A stretch of 64,000 nucleotides of DNA from a virus (taxonomy: Duplodnaviria > Caudoviricetes), in IMG/VR virus record IMGVR_UViG_3300042997_002652, positions 128,001 through 192,000 of that record, one strand, 5' to 3'. The notes beneath the pieces were generated by a model. That model had not been told where the DNA came from. It worked only from the letters and a program-made list of their open reading frames with translations, and searched no databases. Below are positions 42,033 to 52,224 of the stretch, piece after piece. Every line of letters begins with the position of its first letter. Position 1 is the first letter of the stretch. A program made the translations under genes and the position numbers.

Positions 42033-45000
42033 CTAGTTATCAAATCTAGCTTTTAACCATGCCCATTCGTAGCTTAGTTTTAGTTTGTTAAACTCACCCT
42101 CAACTTCATTATAATAGTCGCTAGCGTCTTTTGCACCTTTCAAACAGTAGTCAGCAAAGTTGCCTTCAGCTTTTGTTAGCCAAGTATCTAAACGCTGCTT
42201 GCTGATTGAGTCAGTAGCGGCTTTTAGTTTTATTACTTCTCTAAACGCAGTACGCCAAGTAGCAAACGCATCAGTGTTAAACATAGCCGTACCTGATATT
42301 TCTTCTACTACTTCGTGTTCATCGTCTAGTGTAAAGTCTAAGCCTTTACCTATATTGTTTAGTACCAATGACTTTTGATAAGCAATCATTGCTTGGTGAC
42401 CATAGACTAAACCATTCACCGGGTTTTCAGCATAAAAGATATAATGCTTAGCAACTTGCATTCTATCGGGTTGCCATGCCCAATCAAACTTGTCATTTAC
42501 TTTTAGCTTGGCGAAAACTGTAAACGCCCATGGAGTGTTACTTGCTTCTAGTGCAGCATGATAAGCTTGTACTCTACCATTTATACCATCTACTCTTACT
42601 ACACGATTAGAAAGTTTGTGAGTTACTTTTAGCAAGTGCTCGTAGTTTTCTTCAGCATCTTGTTCTCCATTGCTCAAGAATACGATATCAATAGGCTTAG
42701 ACTTTGCTATACGATCTACTTTTTTGATATATGGATAATCGTACAACTCTCTTTTTACATACTCTTTGGCTTCTTGAGGCACTATAATTTTTGTAGCACC
42801 TTCGCTAGCAACTATAATTGTTTTAGTTCTAGGTGACCAAAGATTCATTGGTTCATCGTTTAAAGTTTGAATATTTTCATCTGTGCTGCTAATCATTGTT
42901 ACATATGGAAAGTCAAACTCTGTGGGTATAGCAGTTGCATGTGTGTCATCATGAACGATAATAATTGGTTCTAGCAAACGATCAACTCGCATAGTTTGAT
43001 TGAAGTTTATCTTTTCGTAATCTTCTAAACTTGCAATACTTTCTAATTGTAGTTTTGTTTTGTTTACATCTAATAAGAATGTATCACCGAACTTTTGTTT
43101 TTCGCTAGGGAACACATGTAGCTGATCTCGTGCAAAAGGATCACTGATATATGTAAAGTCAAAGTTAGTGTAATCACATACTGAACTGCACAACCAAAGA
43201 TAATGTTCTTTCTTTGTAATCATATTAGTTAACAAGTTTTTAAAAGTTCTTAAATAACTACCGTCGTATTTTATCGTAGTTAAATTAGCTTTTAGTGTTG
43301 TATCTAAATTAGTTTTTAGTGTTGTATCTAAATTAGTTTTTAGTGCTAAAAATTCTGCAACTTGATTAGCTTCTTTATTTCCATGATCTATCAATACAAT
43401 ATCATGTTGACATTGAGTAGCTTTTGCTTTTCTGTCTTTAACAAAGTTTACTATAGAAAGGTGTTCAATGATTTTTACATACTTAGTATCTTCAGGGAAT
43501 GTTTCTTTGTTTACTAAAAACGTAGTACCCCAACGTGACCATTGAGTACCAAACACTGTTAACATTTTCATTTGCCAGGGGTTAGGATAATAATTAAAGT
43601 CAAAGTTTGTGTAATCTAATTCACTGTCTAGAATCCAAAACAATTCTGTAGTAGCTTTGTTTGCACAACGATTGATAGTGTCAACCCAAGAACTTATATA
43701 ACGAACTTTTTGTATCGTAGGGAATCTTTCTTTCAACTGTTCATATTTTGAGGTAGCATTTTGATTGTACCTATCTACAAAAAACATATCAGGCTTTACG
43801 AACAGTTTAGACAATGCTTTTTCATCTAGCCCAGTAGTTTCAATAAACTTTAACTGAGTGTTCCCTCTTATGTATGATTTTGCATTAACAAAATACGTGT
43901 GTGTTAATTCACTGTCCACTGAACCAAATACGCTTACATAAGTTGACTCCCACGATCCGTCTACTAAGTCTGGTCTCCAAGTAAAATCAAAATCTTGATA
44001 ATTAATATTTTTTCTAGTTGCCCAAAATACTTCTGTAGAATGTTGTTTCACTAAATTATCTAATGTAGTTTCTATTTGATATTTTTTTACTTGTATTCCA
44101 ATCTCTAGATACACAATGTCGCCTGTGTTATCAGGTGTGACATATCTAGGACCATCGTTTTTGTCTGCAATACTACCAAACTGGTATATGTACGAAGGTG
44201 AATGAGGATCAGGATGCCAAGTAAAATCAAATGTGTCTTTGTCAAAGTCACTGGGTATTTGCCAATTGTTAAAGTTAGGCATTAATATTGCTTTGATATC
44301 GTCAATATATTTTCTTTCTGTTGCTTCTGAAACATGATATTCTATTGTAGGCATTTTTTCAGCAGAATATTGCTTATTACCAAATACGTAGATATACGGA
44401 GGTTCTTTTGGATCAGGTCTCCACGTAAAGTCAAATTTGTTTTTATTTACTGGATGTATAATTTTCCACTTATCCCATTCAGGAAACAGTTCTACTAACT
44501 CATCCATGAACTTGATTTCAGTAGCTTCAGGTACGCGATATTCAAGTACATGTTTTTCTTCTACTGGAAAGTATTTACAGCCCCACTTATATATGAATGG
44601 GGGTTCTTTTGGATCAGGTCTCCAAGTAAAGTCAAATTTATTTTTATCTACTAGTTCTAGTTCTTTCCACCGATCCCATTCAGGTACTAGCTCAACTAAT
44701 TCATCCATAAATTTAATATCAGTAGCATCAGGTACGTGATATTCAAGTACATGTTTTTCTTCTACTGGAAAATACTTACAACCCCATCGGTATATAAAAG
44801 GAGGTTCAGTAGGCTCAGGATGCCAAGAAAAATCAAAAGTAGACTTATCAATAAGTTCTAATTCTTTCCAACGATCCCATTCCGGTAAAAGTTCAATTAC
44901 TTGATCCATATATTTGATTTGATTAGCCCCAGCGCAGTAGTATTCTACTGTAGGCATCTTTTCAGCAGAGTATTGCTTATTACCAAACACATAAATATAC

Positions 45001-46406
45001 GGAGGGTCTTTTGGATCAGGTCTCCAAGAAAAATCAAAAGTAGATTTATCAATGGAATAATTTATTTTCCAACGATCCCATTCAGGTAATAGTTCAATTA
45101 CTTGATCCATATATTTGATTTCTGTAGCATCAGGTACGCGATATTCTAACACATGCTTTTCTTCTACTGGAAAATACTTACAGCCCCACTTATATATGAA
45201 TGGTGGCTCGTGTAAATCAGGACGCCAAGTAAAATCAAATTTAGTTTTGTCTATTAACTCAATTTCTTTCCATCTATCCCATTGTGATTCTAATTCAACT
45301 ACTTCATCCATGTATTTTACTTCAGTAGCACCTGGTGCATGATATTCAAGTACGTGTCTTTCAAACATAGAATAGTACTTAGAAGCCCACTTATATATAA
45401 ACGGCGGTTCCTTAGGATCGGGGCGCCAAGTAAAGTCAAATTTAGTTTTGTCTATTAATTCAATTTCTTTCCACCGATCCCACTCAGGTACTAGATTAAT
45501 TACTTGATCCATATATTTGATTTCTGTGGCATCAGGTACGTGATACTCAAGTACGTGCTTTTCTTCTACTGGAAAATATTTACAACCCCATTTGTAAATG
45601 AAGGATGGTTCTGTTGGATCAGGACGCCAAGTAAAATCAAAAGTAGACTTGTCAATAAGTTCTAGTTCTTTCCACCGATCCCACTCAGGTAATAGTTCAA
45701 TTACTTGATCCATATATTTTATTTCTGTGGCATCAGGTACATGATATTCAAGTACGTGCTTTTCTTCTACCGGAAAATACTTACAACCCCATTTATATAT
45801 AAACGGCGGTTCAGTGGGATCAGGTCTCCAAGTAAAGTCAAACTTGTTTTTATCTATAAGTTCTAATTCTTTCCATCGTGATTTTTGTTCAACAAGTTCA
45901 ACTAATCTTGTCATAAACTTTACGTCAGTAGCACCCTCTACATGATATTCAATAGTTGATTTTAGTTCTGCTGATACCCACTTGTTACCCCATACATAGA
46001 TATAAGGAGGATCAGTAGGATCAGGGTGCCATGAAAAATCAAACTTTGTTTGATCAATATCGTCTAATACTTTCCAGCACTCAGTAATTTCATTTTTTCT
46101 GTTAACTGGGTCAACATCAGCACGGTATACTGTGTATCCTTTGTGATCTTTAGGACACAACCAAGTTCCTGAATCTTTTTGATGTTGGCTAGGCCAAACA
46201 TTATTATGATCTTGCGCCCATACATCTTCGTCAGGTAAGAACTCAAAGTCCCAATCCCAGTCAAAGTTTTTATAATCACCATATTCGTTGATTATCCAGA
46301 AATGTTCAGTAGTTGCTTGTTGTCTAGCGTCTTCTAATGACTCAGCAAACTTTTCTCTCGGATGAACATTGGGTTTTTTGTTGTAGTAAAATACGTCTCT
46401 AATCAT
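42033..46406 (-). CDS. 1457-aa protein: ten 67-aa repeats plus C-terminal glycosyltransferase-like domain
   Basis: 201-nt periodicity; C-terminus DIVFLSNGE...H..A...NPVNGLVYGH...WRTAFRE resembles 58246-59196; TAAATA at 46417-46412. Confidence 0.85.
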   Translation of the reverse strand: MIRDVFYYNKKPNVHPREKFAESLEDARQQATTEHFWIINEYGDYKNFDWDWDFEFLPDEDVWAQDHNNVWPSQHQKDSGTWLCPKDHKGYTVYRADVDPVNRKNEITECWKVLDDIDQTKFDFSWHPDPTDPPYIYVWGNKWVSAELKSTIEYHVEGATDVKFMTRLVELVEQKSRWKELELIDKNKFDFTWRPDPTEPPFIYKWGCKYFPVEEKHVLEYHVPDATEIKYMDQVIELLPEWDRWKELELIDKSTFDFTWRPDPTEPSFIYKWGCKYFPVEEKHVLEYHVPDATEIKYMDQVINLVPEWDRWKEIELIDKTKFDFTWRPDPKEPPFIYKWASKYYSMFERHVLEYHAPGATEVKYMDEVVELESQWDRWKEIELIDKTKFDFTWRPDLHEPPFIYKWGCKYFPVEEKHVLEYRVPDATEIKYMDQVIELLPEWDRWKINYSIDKSTFDFSWRPDPKDPPYIYVFGNKQYSAEKMPTVEYYCAGANQIKYMDQVIELLPEWDRWKELELIDKSTFDFSWHPEPTEPPFIYRWGCKYFPVEEKHVLEYHVPDATDIKFMDELVELVPEWDRWKELELVDKNKFDFTWRPDPKEPPFIYKWGCKYFPVEEKHVLEYRVPEATEIKFMDELVELFPEWDKWKIIHPVNKNKFDFTWRPDPKEPPYIYVFGNKQYSAEKMPTIEYHVSEATERKYIDDIKAILMPNFNNWQIPSDFDKDTFDFTWHPDPHSPSYIYQFGSIADKNDGPRYVTPDNTGDIVYLEIGIQVKKYQIETTLDNLVKQHSTEVFWATRKNINYQDFDFTWRPDLVDGSWESTYVSVFGSVDSELTHTYFVNAKSYIRGNTQLKFIETTGLDEKALSKLFVKPDMFFVDRYNQNATSKYEQLKERFPTIQKVRYISSWVDTINRCANKATTELFWILDSELDYTNFDFNYYPNPWQMKMLTVFGTQWSRWGTTFLVNKETFPEDTKYVKIIEHLSIVNFVKDRKAKATQCQHDIVLIDHGNKEANQVAEFLALKTNLDTTLKTNLDTTLKANLTTIKYDGSYLRTFKNLLTNMITKKEHYLWLCSSVCDYTNFDFTYISDPFARDQLHVFPSEKQKFGDTFLLDVNKTKLQLESIASLEDYEKINFNQTMRVDRLLEPIIIVHDDTHATAIPTEFDFPYVTMISSTDENIQTLNDEPMNLWSPRTKTIIVASEGATKIIVPQEAKEYVKRELYDYPYIKKVDRIAKSKPIDIVFLSNGEQDAEENYEHLLKVTHKLSNRVVRVDGINGRVQAYHAALEASNTPWAFTVFAKLKVNDKFDWAWQPDRMQVAKHYIFYAENPVNGLVYGHQAMIAYQKSLVLNNIGKGLDFTLDDEHEVVEEISGTAMFNTDAFATWRTAFREVIKLKAATDSISKQRLDTWLTKAEGNFADYCLKGAKDASDYYNEVEGEFNKLKLSYEWAWLKARFDN
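43281..43345. repeat. 24-bp in-frame tandem repeat x~2.7 (LKTNLDTT)
   Basis: Unit TAAATTAG(C/T)TTTTAGTGTTGTATC. Confidence 0.85.
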
Positions 46407-46440
46407 GAAACTATTTAGAAGTTAATACTTACTGTTGAAA

Positions 46441-47952
46441 TTAATCTTTGGTGTAGACAGGTAAATTATACTTTTGTGAGAAAGCAATAGCGTCTTGTTC
46501 ATCATTTACAATAGGCTGACCTTTGATATTCAAACTAGTGTTTAACAGAATAGGACACCCAGTCTTTTTGTAAAACTCTTTTAACAAAGTATATAAACCA
46601 GGATGCTGTTCGTAGTTAACAGTTTGCACTCTGCTTGTACCGTCTGCGTGTATAATAGCAGGAAACTTAGTGGGCTTTTTGCACTTAGCAACAAACTGCA
46701 TATAAGGTGATACTGTATTGTTGGGCATTTCAAAGTATTCGTGTACAAACTCTTCCATGATAACAGGTGCAAATGGTCTAAACTTTTGTCTATGCTTAAT
46801 AGCGTTTACTCTGTCTTTTATTTCATTGCCTCTTGGATCAGCCATCAAACTACGATTGCCTAACGCTCTAGGTCCAAACTCTGCCTTACCGTTTGCTATA
46901 CCAAATATTTCACCACGCTCTAAACTCTCAAGTGCTTTTTGTATAGGATACTCGCCCTTAATATCATAACCTAAGTAAGGAGTTTGCCAATTAACTTTAT
47001 TACCAGTTCTGTTAAAATGCTCTAGTGCTGCTGCACCAAGAGAACTACCTGCGTCACCTGGGTTTGGCATGATATGAATGTTTTCATACCATCTGAACAA
47101 TTCACTATTTGCTACACAGTTAAGAGCTACACCTCCCATGAAAACTAAATTATTTGAATTAGTAAGTTCTTTAGCATACAGTGCATAAGCCATAATTCTT
47201 TTTTCTACTTCCATTTGTGCTGCTCTAGCAATATCATAATCAGTATACTCAGTGTACATGTCTTTTGATATACCTCTATGTAAGTTCTTTTTCATTTTTA
47301 ATGCTTTTCTAGGATTATGAAAAGGTTCAGGGTAGCTAAAGAAATCATGTGACATTTTGTAGCTGAGGAAAGTAGCGGCATCCTTAGAGCCATAAGCAGC
47401 CATGCCCATAAGAATGTACTCATCTTCCATTGGCTTTAAGCCAACTCTGTGTGTCATAGCACTGTAGAATAAGCCAAGACTACTAGGGTACTTTACGCTA
47501 TGCTTTTTAGTAAGCTTATTATCTTTCCAATGCCATATCGTAGCAGTATCAAATTCGCCTATGGCATCTATAACCATAATGGCACATTCATCAAAGTCAC
47601 TAGTTAACACGCCTGCTGCCGCATGTGTTTCATGATGCCAATATTCTTTTATAGGTATTCCTGCTAATTGAGGATAAAATTGTTCAATCCATTCTTTCGT
47701 ACTAGGTTCTTTTAGAGCTTGCCACGAGCCTGCCCTTATATGTCTTAGCTTTTTGAAAAAGTTCTTTTCGTGTAAAACAATTTGATCGGGCTTGCCGAAC
47801 GCAAGTGCTGCATTAATGATTTCTTGATTCAAGAAACAATCATTTTTTATTTTACTGTATCGTTCGCTGTGTGCGGCAAAGACGATGTTACCGTCTTGTA
47901 ACACAGTAACCGCAGCATCATGAAACCCTGCACTAATTCCTAAAATAATCAT
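46441..47952 (-). CDS. carbamoyltransferase (CmcH/NodU family)
   Basis: HDAA, HH..HAA, DAIGE, GGVALN, AEFGPRALGNRS, FRPFAP, NTSLN. Confidence 0.95.
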   Translation of the reverse strand: MIILGISAGFHDAAVTVLQDGNIVFAAHSERYSKIKNDCFLNQEIINAALAFGKPDQIVLHEKNFFKKLRHIRAGSWQALKEPSTKEWIEQFYPQLAGIPIKEYWHHETHAAAGVLTSDFDECAIMVIDAIGEFDTATIWHWKDNKLTKKHSVKYPSSLGLFYSAMTHRVGLKPMEDEYILMGMAAYGSKDAATFLSYKMSHDFFSYPEPFHNPRKALKMKKNLHRGISKDMYTEYTDYDIARAAQMEVEKRIMAYALYAKELTNSNNLVFMGGVALNCVANSELFRWYENIHIMPNPGDAGSSLGAAALEHFNRTGNKVNWQTPYLGYDIKGEYPIQKALESLERGEIFGIANGKAEFGPRALGNRSLMADPRGNEIKDRVNAIKHRQKFRPFAPVIMEEFVHEYFEMPNNTVSPYMQFVAKCKKPTKFPAIIHADGTSRVQTVNYEQHPGLYTLLKEFYKKTGCPILLNTSLNIKGQPIVNDEQDAIAFSQKYNLPVYTKD

Positions 47953-49046
47953 TGGTAAATAAATGGATCTCGTTTTCTAAGTTCTTCCAATCTCGCTTTT
48001 AATCGTTGTTCTCTTTCATCTTGATATGACGATTCTAATCCCTTTTTGTATATACTCAACAGTGAAAAAATCTCAGTTCTTAGATTATTTTTAAATTCTT
48101 CAGTTTCGTTTAATATAGCCATAAGTTTTTTACCCTCACTATAATTATAGCAATAATGAGCAGCAACTCTAAATTTAGTAAAATTATCAGAATCTGATTC
48201 TGATAACACCCACCTTTTCCAATAATCACTATTAATTACTGAAATAAAAAAGACAGCAAATTCTGCCGAACAATGATCTCTTAGTTGGTATAATACAGTG
48301 GATTGTATAGATCCCAATTGAGGAGCTATATTAACTGCATCTACATTTGCTTTTGTTCTATACAATAAATCGCTTTCTAACAAATAATCAGCGTTATGTT
48401 CTTTGAACATCAATCCATATGAGTGTATCTTTTCTGAAGTTACTTTATTCACAATTGGATCAAATGTTCCAACTTGAGTGTGTTTAGTTAAACTTCCGGT
48501 TTGCGTAACAAAGAATTTTAAATTATTTTTATATTTTTGAACAAACACTAATTGCTTGTCTAAGTTAGCAATACTTTCATCTAATCCAGTATTAGTATTA
48601 TCTTCACTACCAAATTCAAACATGATATCAGGATTAAGTGACAATGCATAATCAAATAGCTTGATTGCTACTGATTCTTGCATATCTTGACTTACTCTAC
48701 TTACGTCTATATGAATTAAATCAAATCCTGACTCTATATCAGTTTCTATAGTTTTTAAGCATCTATTTACTGCATAATCTAAAGTTAAGCGTTTATCATC
48801 ATCACTAAAGTAAGGTCCGCAATGATCTCTACAAATCAATACTCGGTTAGGATCATAATTTTTATTTTGTTTAACATACTCAACAAAAGATTCAGTAGTA
48901 AACGCATAGCCAGAATCAAAATCTACTTGATTTCTACTAGCTATTAACATGATAGGATAATCGTGAATCTTACTATATTCTAAGCAAAGATTTACTATAT
49001 CTTTACTCATAGGTCCTAGACCTAGTTTAAATTTACTTATGTTCAT
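47949..49046 (-). CDS. tagatose-bisphosphate aldolase subunit (GatZ/KbaZ)-like TIM-barrel protein
   Basis: LGPMS, LIASRNQVD, RDHCGP, GFDLIHID, EHNADY. Confidence 0.6.
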   Translation of the reverse strand: MNISKFKLGLGPMSKDIVNLCLEYSKIHDYPIMLIASRNQVDFDSGYAFTTESFVEYVKQNKNYDPNRVLICRDHCGPYFSDDDKRLTLDYAVNRCLKTIETDIESGFDLIHIDVSRVSQDMQESVAIKLFDYALSLNPDIMFEFGSEDNTNTGLDESIANLDKQLVFVQKYKNNLKFFVTQTGSLTKHTQVGTFDPIVNKVTSEKIHSYGLMFKEHNADYLLESDLLYRTKANVDAVNIAPQLGSIQSTVLYQLRDHCSAEFAVFFISVINSDYWKRWVLSESDSDNFTKFRVAAHYCYNYSEGKKLMAILNETEEFKNNLRTEIFSLLSIYKKGLESSYQDEREQRLKARLEELRKRDPFIYQ

Positions 49047-49512
49047 TAATAATAACATCCTTTAAATACAAACAAGCGTCAAGAACTGCACCAGATCCAG
49101 CCGCGCTTTCAGTGATAAATTTAGCCGCTTGTTTTGCTTCTTTTCTAGCACTTGAGGGTGCTATACCTATCTTAACTTTTTCAAGAATAGGAGCATCGTG
49201 ATAACCGTCACCTATAAACGCAGTCTCATCTAGATTACAATTATCTATGAACCATTCCATACGATGTCCTTCAGGAACAAGATGCAACTGTTCTGAGCTA
49301 AACTTCCAATCAGTTACAATTCTAGCATAGGTGATATCCCAGCCAACCTTGTCAGCCGTTATAAACTGTATGTCTTTTATATAATTTTTAATTATCTTTA
49401 AGCCATCACTATCATGTGGACCAAATACTTTATATATTTTTCCTTCTTTACTATATATTAAGTGACCGGTAGTTAATACCCCGTCTATATCCAAAACTAA
49501 CTTAGTAATCAT
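49033..49512 (-). CDS. KdsC-like HAD phosphatase
   Basis: LDIDGVLTTG, DSDG, AFIGDG..D, GSGAV. Confidence 0.8.
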   Translation of the reverse strand: MITKLVLDIDGVLTTGHLIYSKEGKIYKVFGPHDSDGLKIIKNYIKDIQFITADKVGWDITYARIVTDWKFSSEQLHLVPEGHRMEWFIDNCNLDETAFIGDGYHDAPILEKVKIGIAPSSARKEAKQAAKFITESAAGSGAVLDACLYLKDVIINEHK

Positions 49513-50233
49513 TTTTTTCAGCTTCTATTTTGTCAAATTCTAGTTCGTTTACTAGTACACCGGTATATAACATAAATTGTTTTAAAAATTGATGTTTGTA
49601 AAACTCTGACCCACTTATGTATTCTACATCGTTGTTTAGACATTGTTTGTATAATTCTTTCTTTTTTATTGCTAAGTCTATTACTAGTTTCTTGTTTTTT
49701 AAACTAAGCAAAGGACTTTCATCATCAACCGTTCCTATACCGGTGCAGTTTATAACTACTTCAGCATTGTTATCATGTCTATCGTCCCAGTTTTGCAATC
49801 TGCGACTATACATATTTATAGTGATGTCTCTGTTGGATAAATATTTACTATACATGCTAGCCATTGATCCGTCGCCTAGTATAGCAACTGACTTTGATTG
49901 TATTTTAGTAGATGTTTGGATAACGCCTTCAATGTCGGTATTATACCCGTATAGCTTTTTGTCTTTAATAACAATTGTATTACATGAGTTGTAGTTGCTG
50001 ACCGAAGAGTCACAATAATTAAGCATCAAACTTGCTTGCTGCTTAAATGGCATACTTACACTTATACCACTAACGCCCTGATCTATTGCTGCTCTTATTT
50101 GATCTTCAAAATTTTCATCAGTAGCCGGTAAGGGAACATATTCAGCTTCTATGTTGTAAAGCTTAAAGAAATTAGTGTAAAAATATTTTCCGTTAGAACT
50201 TGGATATTTGCTAAGACTAATGAATCGTTTCAT
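49502..50233 (-). CDS. shikimate dehydrogenase (AroE)-like protein
   Basis: VSMPFK, SCNT, GYNTD.EG, INCT, DL...K. Confidence 0.75.
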   Translation of the reverse strand: MKRFISLSKYPSSNGKYFYTNFFKLYNIEAEYVPLPATDENFEDQIRAAIDQGVSGISVSMPFKQQASLMLNYCDSSVSNYNSCNTIVIKDKKLYGYNTDIEGVIQTSTKIQSKSVAILGDGSMASMYSKYLSNRDITINMYSRRLQNWDDRHDNNAEVVINCTGIGTVDDESPLLSLKNKKLVIDLAIKKKELYKQCLNNDVEYISGSEFYKHQFLKQFMLYTGVLVNELEFDKIEAEKNDY

Positions 50234-51764
50234 TTAATTCTAATTTAGAAAACATAAGAATACCTAAATACCATAAAAACTCATCAAAGGGTTTAGTATG
50301 TAAGGGCGACATGTTCCAAAATATAATAGGAACAAGTAACTTTACTTTATGTTCATTATAGTTTTTATCTCTTATATATTCTAGTAGTTTGGATATATAG
50401 TATTCATAATCGTCACAGTGAGGTACATCTAGATAAACTTTAGTACCTTTTTTGGTTATCTCAAAAGTATTGTTTTTAATCTTACTATAATCTATTACAA
50501 ATCCACCATATAACTTTGCCAAATCATAGTACAAATCTCCTACTTCAACAGAAGTACCGAATTCATGTCTCCAGTCTATAACAATAAATTCATTGGTATC
50601 AGTAATAATAGTATTATCAAATTGTAAATCGCCGTGAGTATACGAAGGTATAATATCGTTGCATAGCATATCAAAATTTATATTTTGTATATAATGTGTG
50701 TAGTCTTTTACCGGAACATCATTAACATGAGTCACTTCTGGTAAATTTTTGTTTTTTTCTATAAACATTTTTATTCTTTTTAATGTTTTGTCTTTATAGA
50801 AGTTTAGCGCATCTGAATTAATATCAGCGTGTTTTTTTATCCATACTTTTTTGTCTAACCATTCAAGGAAATCAGAAAAAACATTTGGATCATTTTTTAC
50901 ATATAAAGTAGAACCCGGGCAATAATCATACACTAAAAATTGCCCTTGTTGCTTAACATTACGAGGGTAAGCATTGGGGTTAGTTAAATACTTTTTATAT
51001 TTTTTAATAGATACTTCAGGATCTTTCCAACATTTTACTACTTTGTTATTAACAATGTATGTAACTTCATCTGTTTTAGTAAAATCATAATGTTCGGTCT
51101 TTTTAACTTCATTTTGGTAAATATTTAAGTTGCCAAAATCTAACCAAGAATCTAAGTTTTTAACTTTGCTATTTAATAAAATAGTATAAATTATTTCAGG
51201 ACTGTCTCGCGTTAACAATCTTTTCTTGAAAGAATCAAAATCTTTTATAAACATTACTCCAGTAAATGAAGACCAAGAACTATCAGTATTTTGTTTAAAT
51301 TTATACTCTTTTATCCTATCATCTTTTACATTAAAAGTAGTATATTCTTGATGCAATTTTTGATCAACTTGTTTTACAAAGTAAGTATCCTCATTATACT
51401 CACCCAATATATTTTCATTAAAATAGGTGTCACATGGAATATAAAAGAACGAACTATTAATTTTATCTAAACACTGTGTTATTGTGTAGCCCGGGCCTGT
51501 CCAAGATTGTTTATAATGTTCTATATCAACAAATTCAATATTTCTATCACTGTACGTTAATTCGCAAAAGTCTTTTACTTGTTGTTTGTTGTATCCAATA
51601 GGGATAATAAACTTAGTGTCTTTGGGGAACTGTTCTATAATATGTGATAACACTGGTTTATGTTTATATGATACTAAACTTTTGTTTATAAATTGAGATA
51701 TAACTCCCAATCGTGATCCCAATCCAGCAGTAGGGATAATAACAGTAATGTTATTCATGTTCAC
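50217..51764 (-). CDS. sugar nucleotidyltransferase fused to APH/choline-kinase-like phosphotransferase
   Basis: IPTAGLGSRL...NK.L; HGDLQFDN, VIDWR, DL.YDLAKL. Confidence 0.85.
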   Translation of the reverse strand: MNMNNITVIIPTAGLGSRLGVISQFINKSLVSYKHKPVLSHIIEQFPKDTKFIIPIGYNKQQVKDFCELTYSDRNIEFVDIEHYKQSWTGPGYTITQCLDKINSSFFYIPCDTYFNENILGEYNEDTYFVKQVDQKLHQEYTTFNVKDDRIKEYKFKQNTDSSWSSFTGVMFIKDFDSFKKRLLTRDSPEIIYTILLNSKVKNLDSWLDFGNLNIYQNEVKKTEHYDFTKTDEVTYIVNNKVVKCWKDPEVSIKKYKKYLTNPNAYPRNVKQQGQFLVYDYCPGSTLYVKNDPNVFSDFLEWLDKKVWIKKHADINSDALNFYKDKTLKRIKMFIEKNKNLPEVTHVNDVPVKDYTHYIQNINFDMLCNDIIPSYTHGDLQFDNTIITDTNEFIVIDWRHEFGTSVEVGDLYYDLAKLYGGFVIDYSKIKNNTFEITKKGTKVYLDVPHCDDYEYYISKLLEYIRDKNYNEHKVKLLVPIIFWNMSPLHTKPFDEFLWYLGILMFSKLELNETIH

Positions 51765-52188
51765 TTATAATCCTACCGTGTGTTCTTCCTGCATCGTCTT
51801 GTAATCTATAAACATCATCTAACTCAGTAGTACTGGTTTCTATAAACTCTAAATCAGTAACAGCAACAACTCTATGGACAATACCCGGTGTTATAGTAAA
51901 TGTTACTCCCGGAGAGAGTTCTATCACTTCAAACGTTTCTTCGTATTCATTTACCTGGCCTATAGTCATTCCTTTTTCTAAAAACATATCTATATCAAAT
52001 ATAGTTTTACTGCGATACAATTTACCCGTACCTTTGATAATACAATTAGTTTCACATTTGTACTTATGTACTTGCAAGCTAGTACGGTTTCCTGCTAAGA
52101 ATAATATATTTTTTACAGCATAGGGGGTTCTGGTACCATCTTCTATCCATGATTCATGGCCCCATGGTTTTTTAACTAATTTAGACAT
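51751..52188 (-). CDS. cupin (mannose-6-phosphate isomerase C-terminal-like)
   Basis: KPWG.E, TSLQVH..K.E, PG.VHR, DVYRLQD..GR. Confidence 0.85.
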   Translation of the reverse strand: MSKLVKKPWGHESWIEDGTRTPYAVKNILFLAGNRTSLQVHKYKCETNCIIKGTGKLYRSKTIFDIDMFLEKGMTIGQVNEYEETFEVIELSPGVTFTITPGIVHRVVAVTDLEFIETSTTELDDVYRLQDDAGRTHGRIISEHE

Positions 52189-52224
52189 TGTAATTCCTCG
52201 TGAAGAAAAAATTTGCTATAGCCT

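Noticed and set aside
44200-46100. CRISPR array or DGR template/variable repeats
   Set aside because: Repeats are contiguous, in-frame 201-nt coding units without spacers; differences are not adenine-restricted and no reverse transcriptase or cas gene is present.
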